From contig CM075977.1 of the NCBI GenBank assembly GCA_038087875.1, positions 243,102,001 to 243,166,000 of the forward strand: a stretch of DNA of 64,000 bases. Direction: 5' to 3'. Both the position numbers and the translations under genes were made by a program. The first letter of the stretch is position 1. The number at the start of each line of letters is the position of its first letter. Below, in pieces: positions 38,370 to 49,685 of this stretch. The notes beneath the pieces are model-generated. The model did no database searches. It was not told where the DNA came from and saw only the letters and a program-made list of their open reading frames with translations. This DNA is from Malacoraja senta. Lineage: Eukaryota.

Positions 38370-40293
38370 ATGGAGGTAGGTGGGTCTGGTTCCTTACGAA
38401 TTGCAGGAAGTATGGAGGTTGGTGGGAGATTACACTTCTTTCTGGATGAATGGAGTATGTTGACTACAGACACTTATATTTTAAGCAGTGTCCAGGGATA
38501 TACCATATAATTTATACACAAACATAGCCCTCCAGTTGAGCATGTACCGAACCGAATGTTCGTACTTTCAGGTAAAGAAAAATCAGAAGCACATGCTGAA
38601 CTAGAGCGGCTTTACGCAAAACGGGCAATTGAAAAAACCCAACACGAATCGCTGGAATTTGTGTCCAATATTTTTACCAAAAACAAAAAATATGGTGGTT
38701 ATCGCATCATCATAGATTTGACAAATTTGAATACTTTTGTACAATATATTCATTTCAAAATGGAAACCTTTGTTACTGCTAAACAATTGATTTCCAAAGG
38801 TTACTTCATGGCTAGCATCGATTTAAAAGATGCTTACTATTCAGTCCCTATATGAGGTGACCACAGATGTTATTTAAAATTCAACTGGATGGGACAGCTC
38901 TGGCAGTACAGAGCACTACCAAATGGGCTAACATCAGCCCCTAGGCTGTTCACTAAAATTTTGAAACCAGCCCTATCGTTTCTGCGGAAACAAAAACACA
39001 TGATGATGGCATAGCTAGATGACATAATCATTGTGGGCAAAACTTTGGAATTGGCCAAAGAAACGGTAACAGCCACAAAACAATTATTTGAAAAACTGGG
39101 GTTTATCATTCATCCAGTTAAATCTAAATTAAACCGTTCCACCACAATGGATTATTTGGGGTTCACCATTAACTCAGTTCACATGTCGGTGACTTTGCCT
39201 AAGGAAAAGGCTATAGCCTGAATAGAGGCTTGCAATAACCTCATTGACATCAGTAAACCATCCATCAGATTGGTAGCAAGAATAATTGGCAAAATAGTGG
39301 CTGCCTTTCCAGCCACACAATTTGGACCTTTACATTATCAAAATTTACAGAGGGCAAAAATACGAGCACTCAAATTTAATGCTGGTCATTTTGACAGACC
39401 AATGAAGCTAACAATCGAAGCCATAATGGAACAAAAATGGTGGAAAGGTAACATTCGGCATTGTTCCAATCCAATCATTATCAGAAACCCTTCTATGGTG
39501 CTACAAACTGATGCCAGTGCACTTGGTTGGGGTGCTACCAATTCCATCTCCAGCTGTGGAGGCAGATGGACTGCACAGGAGGCGTCATTATTACAAACAC
39601 TGGGCATACACTACCTGGAAATGTTGGGTGCATTCCATGGCCTAAAGTCATATTGTTCTTGGTTATATCACCAGCATGTTAGACTACAGATTGACAATAC
39701 CACCGTGGTAGCATATATCAACCACATGGGTGGAAACAAATCGATATCATGTGACAATCTGGCCAACACAATTTGGCAATGGTGTATCCAGAAAAATATT
39801 TTGATATCAGCCACTTACCTATCAAGTAAACTAAATTCAGTGGCAGACACCAGGTCACGCAAATTTAATGAAAACACCGAATGGATGTTGGATAAAAAAG
39901 TATTTGCTGATATTACAGCATGGTATGGAAAACCAGATATCGATCTATTCGCATCCAGGCTTAATCACCAGTTATCAAACTATGTTTCATGGGAACCAGA
40001 CCCTGGGGCAGCGGCGACAGATGCATTTTCGCTGCATTGGGGGAAATTGTTTATTTATGCATTCCCTCCTTTCTGCCTCATCAGTCGGGTATTAAGGAAA
40101 ATACAGCAAGACTGCGTCTGGTATTTTGGTAGTACCCGATTGGCCTACTCAACCATGGTTCCCTGTGATACTCGACATGGTATTAGAACCATGCATCACC
40201 ATCTGGCATAGACCAGATTTACTGGTTCATCCCGTAACAAGGGAAAGCCACCCATGTCATAACCATATGAACTTTTTAATTTGTAGAGTCTAA
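38370..40293 (+). pseudogene. pol: DIRS ORF2: reverse transcriptase, RNase H and N6-adenine methyltransferase-like domain (copy C)
   Basis: IDLKDAYYSVPI, LPNGL, A*LDDII, QTDAS..GWGA, DNTTVVAYINHMGG, DIDLFASRLN, YAFPPF. Confidence 0.95.
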
Positions 40294-41264
40294 AAGTACC
40301 TCTACTGCAACTGGGACTGACGGACCGAACAGTGAACATTATCTCAGCGGCCCACAGGTAGTCCACCAAAAAACAGTACCTGGTATACATCAGGAAATGG
40401 GAGATGTACTGTCACAGAAACAACATCACCTACAGATCAATGAACATCCTGTCTGTTCTGGAATTCCTGGCAGGCCTCCATTACGATGAGGGGCTCAGTT
40501 ATAGTGCCATCAACTGCGCCAGATGTGCCCTGTCAACATATCTATACCAAGGAACAGAGCGTCATTCTGTTGGGACTCACCCCCTAGTAACAAAACTTAT
40601 GAGGGGAATTTTTAATATCAATCCCCCAAGAACCAGGTACTCCCAAATATGGGATGTGAGTATTGTCCTGACTATGCTAAGGAATTGGTCTCCAGCAAAA
40701 ACTCTGTCCCTACAAAGACTGACACTGAAAACAGTCATGCTGATGGCATTGGTCACGGCACAAAGGGTACAGTCATTACATAAATTAAGACTGGACAACG
40801 TGACTTCTTCATCTGGAAATATAACGTGTCATATTTATGAATTAGTCAAGCAGAACAGACAGGGGTCAGCAGGCCTCAATATAGAATTTAGGGCTTAACC
40901 GACAGATGATCGTCTCTGTATAGTAAGACATTTACTGCTATATATGGAGAACACGAAAATCATCAGAGGCAAAGAGATGGCACTATTAATCAGCCACAAG
41001 CAACCTCACAAAAAAGTGACGGTCCAGACCATCTCAAGATGGCTGAAACAGGTTCTCTTAAAGGCTGGGGTGGATACTAACATTTTCAAATCTCATTCCA
41101 CCAGGGCTGCAGCTACATCGGCAGCTATGCAGTTGGATGTTCCGATGGGTCAAATCCTCAAGACAGCAGGATGGTCAAGGGAGAAAACTTTCCAACTATT
41201 TTATCATAAACCAGTAATTAAACCTGGAACGTTTGCAGAAACAATTTTAGGTTCTGTAATATAA
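40287..41264 (+). pseudogene. DIRS tyrosine recombinase (copy C)
   Basis: Catalytic motifs AQRV, SHSTR, AGW, FY and an N-terminal SAM-like region. Two in-frame stops. Confidence 0.95.
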
Positions 41265-41428
41265 TTTCACCCCATAAATAGGGGCTATAATTTGGTGTTA
41301 ATAAATTTATCATGGATTTCAATGTCGTATTCATGTCTAAACATGTTAACACAATTCCTCTCATAGTCATTAAGGCAGATGTGATGCATGGACTCGTTTC
41401 CACGGCATGCAATCACAGAGCTTTGAAA

Positions 41429-41540
41429 TCTTCACGTAGTCACTCACCTGACTCCGAAGTAAAATAGTAAGATTAAACGAGAACTTACCAATTCTAAGTT
41501 TGATCGTTATTTTATGAGGAGTACGTTGAGGGAATACGTG
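41429..41540 (+). promoter_or_regulatory. Internal complementary region (ICR) of DIRS C
   Basis: 41429-41465 is the reverse complement of the left end. 41463-41540 is the reverse complement of the right end (41657-41734). Confidence 0.95.
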
Positions 41541-43028
41541 CCCTCCGCTCCCACCCTTGATCATATACTCAACTGGTATCTTCTTTTCTAATCTTACTAT
41601 GTTCAGTCACACCGCTGCTTTGAAGAATGACACGCATGCGTCCTGGCGGGGTTCTTCACGTAGTCCCTCAACGTACTCCTCATAAAATAACAATCAAACT
41701 TCGAACTGGTAAGTTCTCGTTTAATCTTACTATTAATGTGTGTATGCCAGTGCCTCGATCCTGTTATTATTAATCTACATCAGAAAGGATTTATTAAAGT
41801 GTATTAATAATCTGAGTGAAATTAAAAGCTACTTACTTAAGGTGCTAAAACCATCACTTACTGTAAATAGCACAGGAGAATTTCAGAAAAAATCCACCAG
41901 ATTACACAGGATTACATATAAATTAAAGTGGAGAAACCGGTCTTTCAAAAGGATATTTGTCCTTGGTACAAGCAGTAATCTGAATCCCCAGTGCTTCTCC
42001 CTATTCCCATATCCTTTTATCCTCCTTCAACCATCTATCTAAACTATTGTTAACATTTGGCAGACTCATAGGCTATTAACCCAGTCAGTAAATTCAGGGC
42101 TAAAGATTCTGGAGGGCTATTGGAAGTCAGCAAATTCCCACATGAGGGACTGCTAATTGAAATAAAAATGCAAAATATTGAATGGATTAAATTGAAGCCA
42201 TATTTTAAAGACAAGCTGAAAAATACTGTTGACAGAAAATCATCAAAGCTAAAATAAATGTGAAAATGTTTATTTTGGTGATATTTTCATGAATATAGTG
42301 GAACAACCAGATGAATTTGAATGCGTTAGGGGAACAATAAATTAAAACACCTAACATATAGGTTATGCTTAGCCACACGGGGTATTGGATATTATAAGAT
42401 CTCTTAACTTTCCAAAATGCCACTTGCAGTATTTGTGGGCAAAGATCCAAATAAATATTTCTTGTCTGTTTTCACTAAGGAGGACGGTATGGATGATAGT
42501 GAGTTTATGAAGGATATGTTCATTATCTGGAGCACATCAGCATGTGGAAGGAGGAGGTGTTAGATGTCCTGCACCACTTCTTGGTGGATAAACCCCCATG
42601 AATGAATGATAGCTATTTCAAGGGAAGAAAATGCTAGGTCCTGATGGAGATTCTTACATCTCAGGTACTAGAAATTTAGATAAACCTTAGGGATGAATGA
42701 TATCCATCCCAGTATACAATGGGAAACAGGAGAAGAAAATGTTAGCCCCTGGTGGAGATTTTTGCATGTTGGTTAGCCACAGGTGAAGATCCCAAAATGA
42801 TGGATAAATAGTAAGATTAAACAAGAATTTACCAGTTTGAAGTTTGATCTTTATTTTATGAGGAGTTACGATGAGGGATTACGTGAAGAGCCCATCAGCA
42901 CGCATGCACGTCATCCTTCAAAGCAGCGGTGTGGAGTCACAGACAGCAAACATTGACCTGAGAATAGTAAGATTCGAGAAATTAGAACTACCAGCTGACT
43001 TTTATGAGGAGGGGTTGGGAGCGGAGGG

Positions 43029-43141
43029 CACCTAATCCCTCATCGTAACTCCTCATAAAATAAAGATCAAACTTCAAACTGGTAAGTTCTTGTTTAATCT
43101 TACTATTTTACTTCGGAGTCACGTGAGTGACTACGTGAAGA
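43029..43141 (-). promoter_or_regulatory. ICR of DIRS D (contains circle junction CTTACT-ATT-TTACTTC)
   Basis: Near-perfect complement of 42807-42885 and 47634-47670. Confidence 0.95.
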
Positions 43142-43313
43142 TTTTAAAGCTCTGTGACTTCATGCCGTGGAACGAGTCCATGCGTCACACACTGTATGGT
43201 TGACCAATGGAGAGTGGACAAAAAAGACTGTTCAGTCATGACATAAATGAAACAAGTTGACAATTTAATGTACAAAAGAAAACAACAATAGTAACTTCTC
43301 TACCCGAGAGGGT

Positions 43314-44291
43314 CTATAAACCCAAACTTAAAACTGAGTTCACAAACACGCTCGGTCTGGCTAAGGGTTTGTTATAGAACGTCTGAAACGTGCGTTCTGA
43401 GGACTATCCTGCGGCCGATAAAATCTGGTCTAGCGGGACGTCCATGACCCTCGCTGCAGACGTAGCTGCAGCCCTGGTGGAATGAGATTTAAACATTTCA
43501 GTATCAACCCCAGCATCTGCCAGAACCTGTTTCAGCCACCTGGAAATGGTCTGAGCTGAAACCCTCTTATGCAGTTTCTTGAGGCTGACCAATAATGCTA
43601 ACTGAGACCCCCTAAGCCCCTTGGTGATCTTGATGTATTGCTGGAGGTGAGCAACTATACATAATTTGGGATCCAAAGTGTATGCCATGAACTGTAACTT
43701 AAGACCCGAAGTACCTGGTCTACTCTGTTTAATAGTGTCGTACACAAAAAAGGTGATACCACTGACAGAGGTGAGCATCCTGTCCAGACGTAGCTTCTGC
43801 AATGACTAGACCCTTTGAGCTGACACTAAAGCCATGAGCATGGCCACCTTGTGCGTGAGCCAGAGTAGAGACAGGGATGTAGCTGGAGACCATGAGCGAA
43901 GTAGAGTTAGGACCACCCCTACATCCCAAATTTCGGTGTATCTGGGCCTAGGAGGGTTCGAATTGAAGACTCCCCTCATGAACCTCGATACTAAAGGGTG
44001 AGACCCCACAGACTGGTGTTCTGAACTCGGCAGCAAGTATGACAACAGCGCACTTCTGGCACAATTTAGAGAACTATAGCTTAATTTCTCATCGAAATGC
44101 AATTTCGAGAGGAACTCCAAAACATCCGTAATGTGCGCTGCGTCATATGAGATATCGGACTGCGCACTGAACACTTCCCATTTCCTTATGTATGAGGCAT
44201 ACTGTTTTGGGGTACTGTTTCTCCAGGCCGCAGTTAGCACATCCACCGTACGATCAGCTAGTCCCAGTCCGAGGAAAGGTCTTCTCAAAAC
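43314..44291 (-). pseudogene. DIRS tyrosine recombinase (copy D)
   Basis: ORFs 43806-44297 and 43404-43802 are in one frame: SAQRV, KSHSTRAAATS, AAG*, FYNKP. Confidence 0.95.
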
Positions 44292-46241
44292 CTGCAAATC
44301 AATAAGTTCAGCCGATCATGCAGAGGATGTACTTCACCAGAAATGGGATGAGATAGCAGAGACCTGCTTTTGGGAAATATCATGACAGGTTCTACAACCA
44401 TGCCCAGGATAAGAGGATACCATGACTGAGTGTGCCAGTCAGGGACTACCACAATGCCGGAGGCAGAGTCATGCTGAATTTTATGCAGACATCGACTGAC
44501 AAGGCAGAATGGGGGAATGCATAGAAAAACATTCCACCCCAATGTAGCGAGAACGCATCTACCGCTACTGCCCCTGGGTCTGGTTCCCATGCAACATACT
44601 TCGGTAACTGATGATTTAATCTTGAAGCGAACAAATCCATATCCGGTGTTCCATACTTAGAAACAATATCCTTAAACACTCTATGATTCAACATCCATTC
44701 TGTGTTGCCATTGAATTTACGTGACCTGGTGTCCGCCACCGTGTTGAACCTACCTAGGAGGTAGGTAGCTGAAACCCAAATATTTCGAATGATGCACCAG
44801 TGCTAAATGAGGTTAGCCAATTTATCACAGGATACTGATTTGATTCCACCCATGTGATTTATGTATGCCACCACTGTGGTGTTATCTATCTGTAATTGAA
44901 CATGCAGATGGTGCATGTGCCCACAATAAGCCTTCAGACCATAGCGGACTGCGAGCAACTCCAAATAGTTAATACCATGCACCTGTAGAAAAGATAGCTC
45001 ATGCACATTCCACCTGCCACCGCAGCTAGAAACGGTGTCAGTGGCACCCCATCCCAGAGCACTGGCATCAGTCTGTAAACCAACAGAAGGACTTTCGATC
45101 GAAATATTGCCAGAACAATGCAAAATATTGGCTTTCCACCACTGCAGCTCGGCAATAGCTTCAGCCGGTAATTGCATAGCCCTGTCAAAGTGGCCCGAAT
45201 TATGTTTGAGTGCCTGCACCTTTGCTCTTTGTAATTGCTGATAGTGCAAAGGTCCATATTTAGCTGCTGGAAAAGCAGCCACCAATTTCCCAATCAAACT
45301 GGCCACTTCCCCAATTGAAGGCAGCTGCTGCGAAATAAGATGATTGCAGGCTTCTATTAACTTCAATCTCTTGCCCTCAGGCAAAGTCACAGACAGGTGA
45401 TTGGAGTTAATAGTAAATCCCAAATAATCCATAACTCTGGATGGTGTCAACCTGGATTTTACTGGGTGAATTAGGAACCCCAACTGCTTAAACACGAGCT
45501 TGGTGGCTGAGACTGCCGAAATAGCCAATACCAGAGTTTTTCCTACTATGAGGATATCATCCAAATAAGCCATTACTATGTGTTTTTGAGCTCGTAATAG
45601 CGCAAGGCAGGTTTCAATATTTTAGTGAATAACCTGGGAGCTGAGGTTAACCCATTAGGCAACGCTTTAAACTGCCATAGCTGCCCCATCCAGTTAAATT
45701 TCAGGTATTTTCTGTGGTCCTTGTGAACAGGCACCGAGTAGTAAGCATCTTTGAGATCAATGCATGCCATGTAACATCCCTTGGAAATCAATTGTTTGGC
45801 AGTAACAAAGCTTTCCATTTTGATATGTTTGTACTGCACATAGGCGTTAAGTTGGGTCAAGTCCAAGATGATGCGGCACCCCCCATCCTTCTTTTGCCTG
45901 GTAAATATGTTGGATACAAATTGGTGAGGTTCATGATTTGTTTTTTCAATTAACCTTTTTGCACATAATGTCTCAATTTCAGCCTGAACTTCCAAACCAT
46001 CCTGTTTTGAACGAACAAAGGTATGGTTTGGGGCATGCTGCGTGGGTGGCAGTGAGCCAGAGAACTCAATTTGGAACCCATCTATATTGCGCAGTATGAA
46101 CAAGTCAGATGTTATCCACCACCATTCATGCAACAAGAAACGTAACCTACCACCAACATGCGATAGACCCACACCCTGTATGTTCCATAGCGAACCAGAC
46201 CCACCTACCTCCGTAGTTATTGGTGGATTCTGGATGTTCAT
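44285..46241 (-). pseudogene. pol: DIRS ORF2 RT-RNaseH-MT (copy D)
   Basis: IDLKDAYYSVPV, LPNGLTSAP, YLDD, TDAS, DMDLFASRLN. Ends LLICRF*. Confidence 0.95.
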
Positions 46242-47463
46242 TTTCTCCCCCGTTGCTTGGGGAATTGAGGTGCTGGAGTGCGCCAGCTGTGCATCTTCGT
46301 TGTCGGCCGGCTTGGGCCATGTCCTAAAAAAGACTTCCGGCCGGTTCTTTCGGTCCTCGAGCTGGAGGTGGTTTCCGCAGATCTCTGGTGCAGGTAGAGG
46401 CATAGGGGTGCTGGCGTCGAAACGACGACTGTTTGCTCACTGGTGGAGCCCGAAGTAGCCCCACAGCCTTCGTCTCGTCGTCCAGGTCCTTCACCTGCTT
46501 GGACAGGTCTTCCCCAAACAGAAAATTGGGCGGCTGCACATTAGTGGACTTGCACAACTCCGCAAACTTGGAGTTGAGAACAGGACGAATGGCATTCTTG
46601 CAAAAGCAATTTATTTCAAAGTGTGCATTGCACAACAATGCCATTGTGTCCCATTGCGTCTCAGATAAGGTGCTGCCGTCCACATACCTGGCGAATGCTG
46701 TCACCCCCGACGCCAGCAGATTCAGGATTCTCTGTAATTTGACCTCTTGGGTCTTAGTGCCACCACCAATGTAGCTCCAAATGGAACTATTCACCGACGG
46801 TACCTTGAGGGAGGCGCAGTTGCTGGGCGTGTGGTACCTCATGGCTGTCTCCATCATCACCTGCTCTTGAAGCTGGTGGGAAGCGAGGTAATTAATGCTG
46901 GCCGCCAGCTCTTCATCCAGCGGCTCCCCAACTAGCAACGGCATTGTGAACTTGGAGACCATGGTTGGCACCTCTGCTTCTCGTGGGTCCCGTGTCGAGG
47001 GACGTTCCCCCAGCATCTCAGTGCAATGTGAGTTCGCCCAGGACTGGTGGTTTACACTCCCATCCTCAGATGGGGAGACATAATGCAGCCCTGCACCAGG
47101 CGCTGCTGCGAGCCCCCGAGACCCGCTCTGATATGACTCCCGACCGTGGAGCATATCATGTTGGAGCATCTTCTCCATAAGATGCTCCACTCGGGAAAGG
47201 CGTCCGACAACGCTCACCGCTGGAGGAGGCGAACCCTCCCGGCCGGACTCATCCGAGTCAACCAGCCTGTTGGACTTGCACTTGGCTTTCCCGCCCCGCG
47301 GGGTAGCCACAGTGCTCTCCATGGGCACCGAGCCCAAAGTCGCTGGCTGTGGTGTCAGCGACCGCGTTGGTGAAACGGACTGCCACCCGCTGACCGCACT
47401 CCCGCGGTCTTCCGAAGCGGTTCTCCCAGCGGCCCGTCGAGACTTCACCCTCGCCTTATCCAT
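46238..47463 (-). pseudogene. gag: DIRS gag-like ORF1 (copy D)
   Basis: ORF 46324-47490 read from MDKAR. A frameshift near 46385 is inferred, since the alternative frame gives SFLGHGP...RK* as in copy C. Confidence 0.88.
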
Positions 47464-47750
47464 GCTTGTCCGTTCTTGAAGCTGCAACAAGAACGGAAGA
47501 CAAACGACCGCAGACTAAGTTCAAGAACTTACCTGGAGCTCTTTTAAAACTTACCGCTGCTGGAGCGACGCGCCTACCAGCCAGCCGCAGCGCCATGCGT
47601 TAGACGTAATGACGCGCATGCGTGCTGACGGGCTCTTCACGTAGTCACTCACGTGACTCCGAAGTAAAATCCCAGGCTAAGGGCCTCACTGGAAATTTTG
47701 TCATCTTCATGGGTCAAGGTGGTGCATTTTAGGAAGTCAAATAGTGATAG

Positions 47751-48511
47751 TGTTAATCCTTGCCAAATTGGAGAGGCTAGGACTTTAAAATAGGGTAAAA
47801 GCTTCAGGGCTGCTGGGAGATTTGGTCAATTGGGAATTGCTCTTTGCAGAACTGGGACAAGCTGCGGAGTGGTGCCAGTGTGTCTAGAGCCTAGATACAA
47901 GTTGCAAGAAAAGAATAAGATTATCTGCAGACCCTGTCAATTAGGTGCAAAATGCATAGAATGGATTGGATGGCTGCTAACCAGACATACACCTTGTAAA
48001 TAATAGTAAATAATGTTGCAGAGTTCTACTTTGCCGAGTGTTGATTGGATGAGGTATTGAGCCTTGACTGGGTTTCTTGTAGATCAGGGTAAATGTTTCT
48101 AAGTTGGCTTCCTTGAGAAGTCCTGTTTGAATACAATGTATTAAGATGCTGTATTATTGCGTATGGGAAATATCTGTTATGTACGGTATCTGTAATTGGA
48201 TTATTCAGAGACCACCCCCATGTGGTTCGGCCCCTCGAGAACCCAGGACCTGTAAAAATCCACTGCCACGAGGTCCAGAATCGATCTTCTGGGAGAGCAC
48301 TTGGGACTGCATGACTTCCTGGAGTGTCTCTGTTTGAGCGAGGCCTAGAGGGCTTGATCTGGCAGATACGAGGATCAAACCTGCGGTGGGATAAGTACAG
48401 TAGTTGAACTGTAATTGTGTTTTGTCAAAATAAAGATTAGTTGTTCAAGTGCTCGATTCAGTGATTTTTGACTGAAACTAGATTGGGTGAAGCTTAGAAT
48501 GAGAATTTACA
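47751..48511 (+). mobile_element. Solo LTR with 4-bp TSD (ATAG)
   Basis: Ends TG...CA. ATAG at 47747-47750 and 48512-48515. Homologous to 7037-7784. Confidence 0.93.
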
Positions 48512-48838
48512 ATAGTACATATAGAGTAAATGGCTGGGAACTAAGAAATGTTGTTTAACAGAGAGACCTAGAAGGTCAATCCATAATTCTCTGAAAGTGT
48601 CAACATTGGTTGACAAGGTCAACAAGGTGGTGAAGGTGGTGTTAATGCATTCCTGCTTTCATAGGTCGAGGAATAGAGTATAAATTATTTTGCAACTTGA
48701 CAAGAGACTAGTTCAGCCACACTTGGAATATTGTGTGAAAATCCTGATGCTTTTATGAATGATGACATTATACATCATTCATAAAAGCATATTCTATTCC
48801 TTGAGGAGATAGTGCAGAGTAGATTCACCAGGATGTTG

Positions 48839-48916
48839 AAGAATCTGAAGAAGGGTCTCCTTCTCTCCAGAGATGCTGCTTGTCCCGCTGAGTTACTCCA
48901 GTTTTTTGTGCCTATC
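48839..48916 (+). mobile_element. Penelope-derived short element fragment
   Basis: CTGAAGAAGGGTCTC...CTCCAGAGATGCTGC...GAGTTACTCCAG. Confidence 0.8.
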
Positions 48917-49685
48917 TGGAGCTCAATGCTCTTAAGACAGTGGAATTGATTGCAGACTTTAGGAGAGCTCCCCCTCCCCTCATCCCACTCACTATCCACA
49001 ACATCACAACACCACAGTCACGTCTTTTATGTTCCTGGGAACCATCATCTCCAAGGACCTTAAATGGGGGGCCACCACCGACTCTACAGTCAAAAAGGCA
49101 CAACAGAGGACGTACTTCCTGCGGCAGCTGAGGAAGCACAATCCGCCACAGGCAATGATGGTCCAATTCTATATGGCCATTGTAGAGTCTTTCCTCACCT
49201 TCTCCATCATGGTTTGGTTTGGCCCAGCCACCAAGCATGACATCCGGAGGCTGCAGCAAATCGTCCGATCAGCTGAGAACGTTATTGGCTGCAACCTTCC
49301 CTCCATTGACGAACTGTACACTGCAAGGGCCAGGACGCGAGCGGGTAAGATCATCTCTGACCCCTCTCACTCTTTGAATCACTTCCTTATGGAAGGCGAC
49401 TCCGGACTGTCAAAGCTGCCACAGACAGACTTAAAAACAGCTTTTTTCCACGAGTAGTAGCTCTACTCAATAACCAAAAATCTGTAGCCTCCTTTGCTCT
49501 GGTATATTATTTAATTCACATGTTTAATCAATAATGTTTTATTATTAATGTTTAATCTTTTATGTGTCATTCCGAACCATCACTGTATGTATCGTTGTCA
49601 CTAATGGGTGGAGCACCAAGGCAAATTCCTTGTATGTGAATTCTTGGCCACTAAACTTAATCATTCATTCATTCATTCATTCACT
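48917..49685 (+). mobile_element. Rex1/Babar-type LINE 3' fragment
   Basis: LELNALKTVELIADFRR and FLGTIISKDLKW...VKKAQQRTYFLRQLRK. Tail (ATTC)n. Confidence 0.9.

Larger units (their letters stand above)
37298..41734 (+). mobile_element. DIRS1-type retrotransposon, copy C (termini and ICR complete; gag internally deleted; several stops)
   Basis: Left ITR about 37322-37359 is inverted to about 41628-41665. ICR 41429-41540 is complementary to both ends. ATT at both junctions. Confidence 0.97.
42807..47670 (-). mobile_element. DIRS1-type retrotransposon, copy D (best preserved, full length)
   Basis: Both termini, ICR 43029-43141, and gag, RT (MAYLDDIL), RH, MT and YR with only a few stops or frameshifts. 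Confidence 0.97.

Noticed and set aside
40287-44291. Prophage or bacterial integrase/methylase contamination
   Set aside because: YR and MT domains lie within the canonical DIRS architecture, embedded in vertebrate LINEs.
7037-48511. The two LTRs as ends of one giant provirus
   Set aside because: The first is preceded by a PPT (3' LTR), the second has its own TSD on both sides, and they are clearly diverged.
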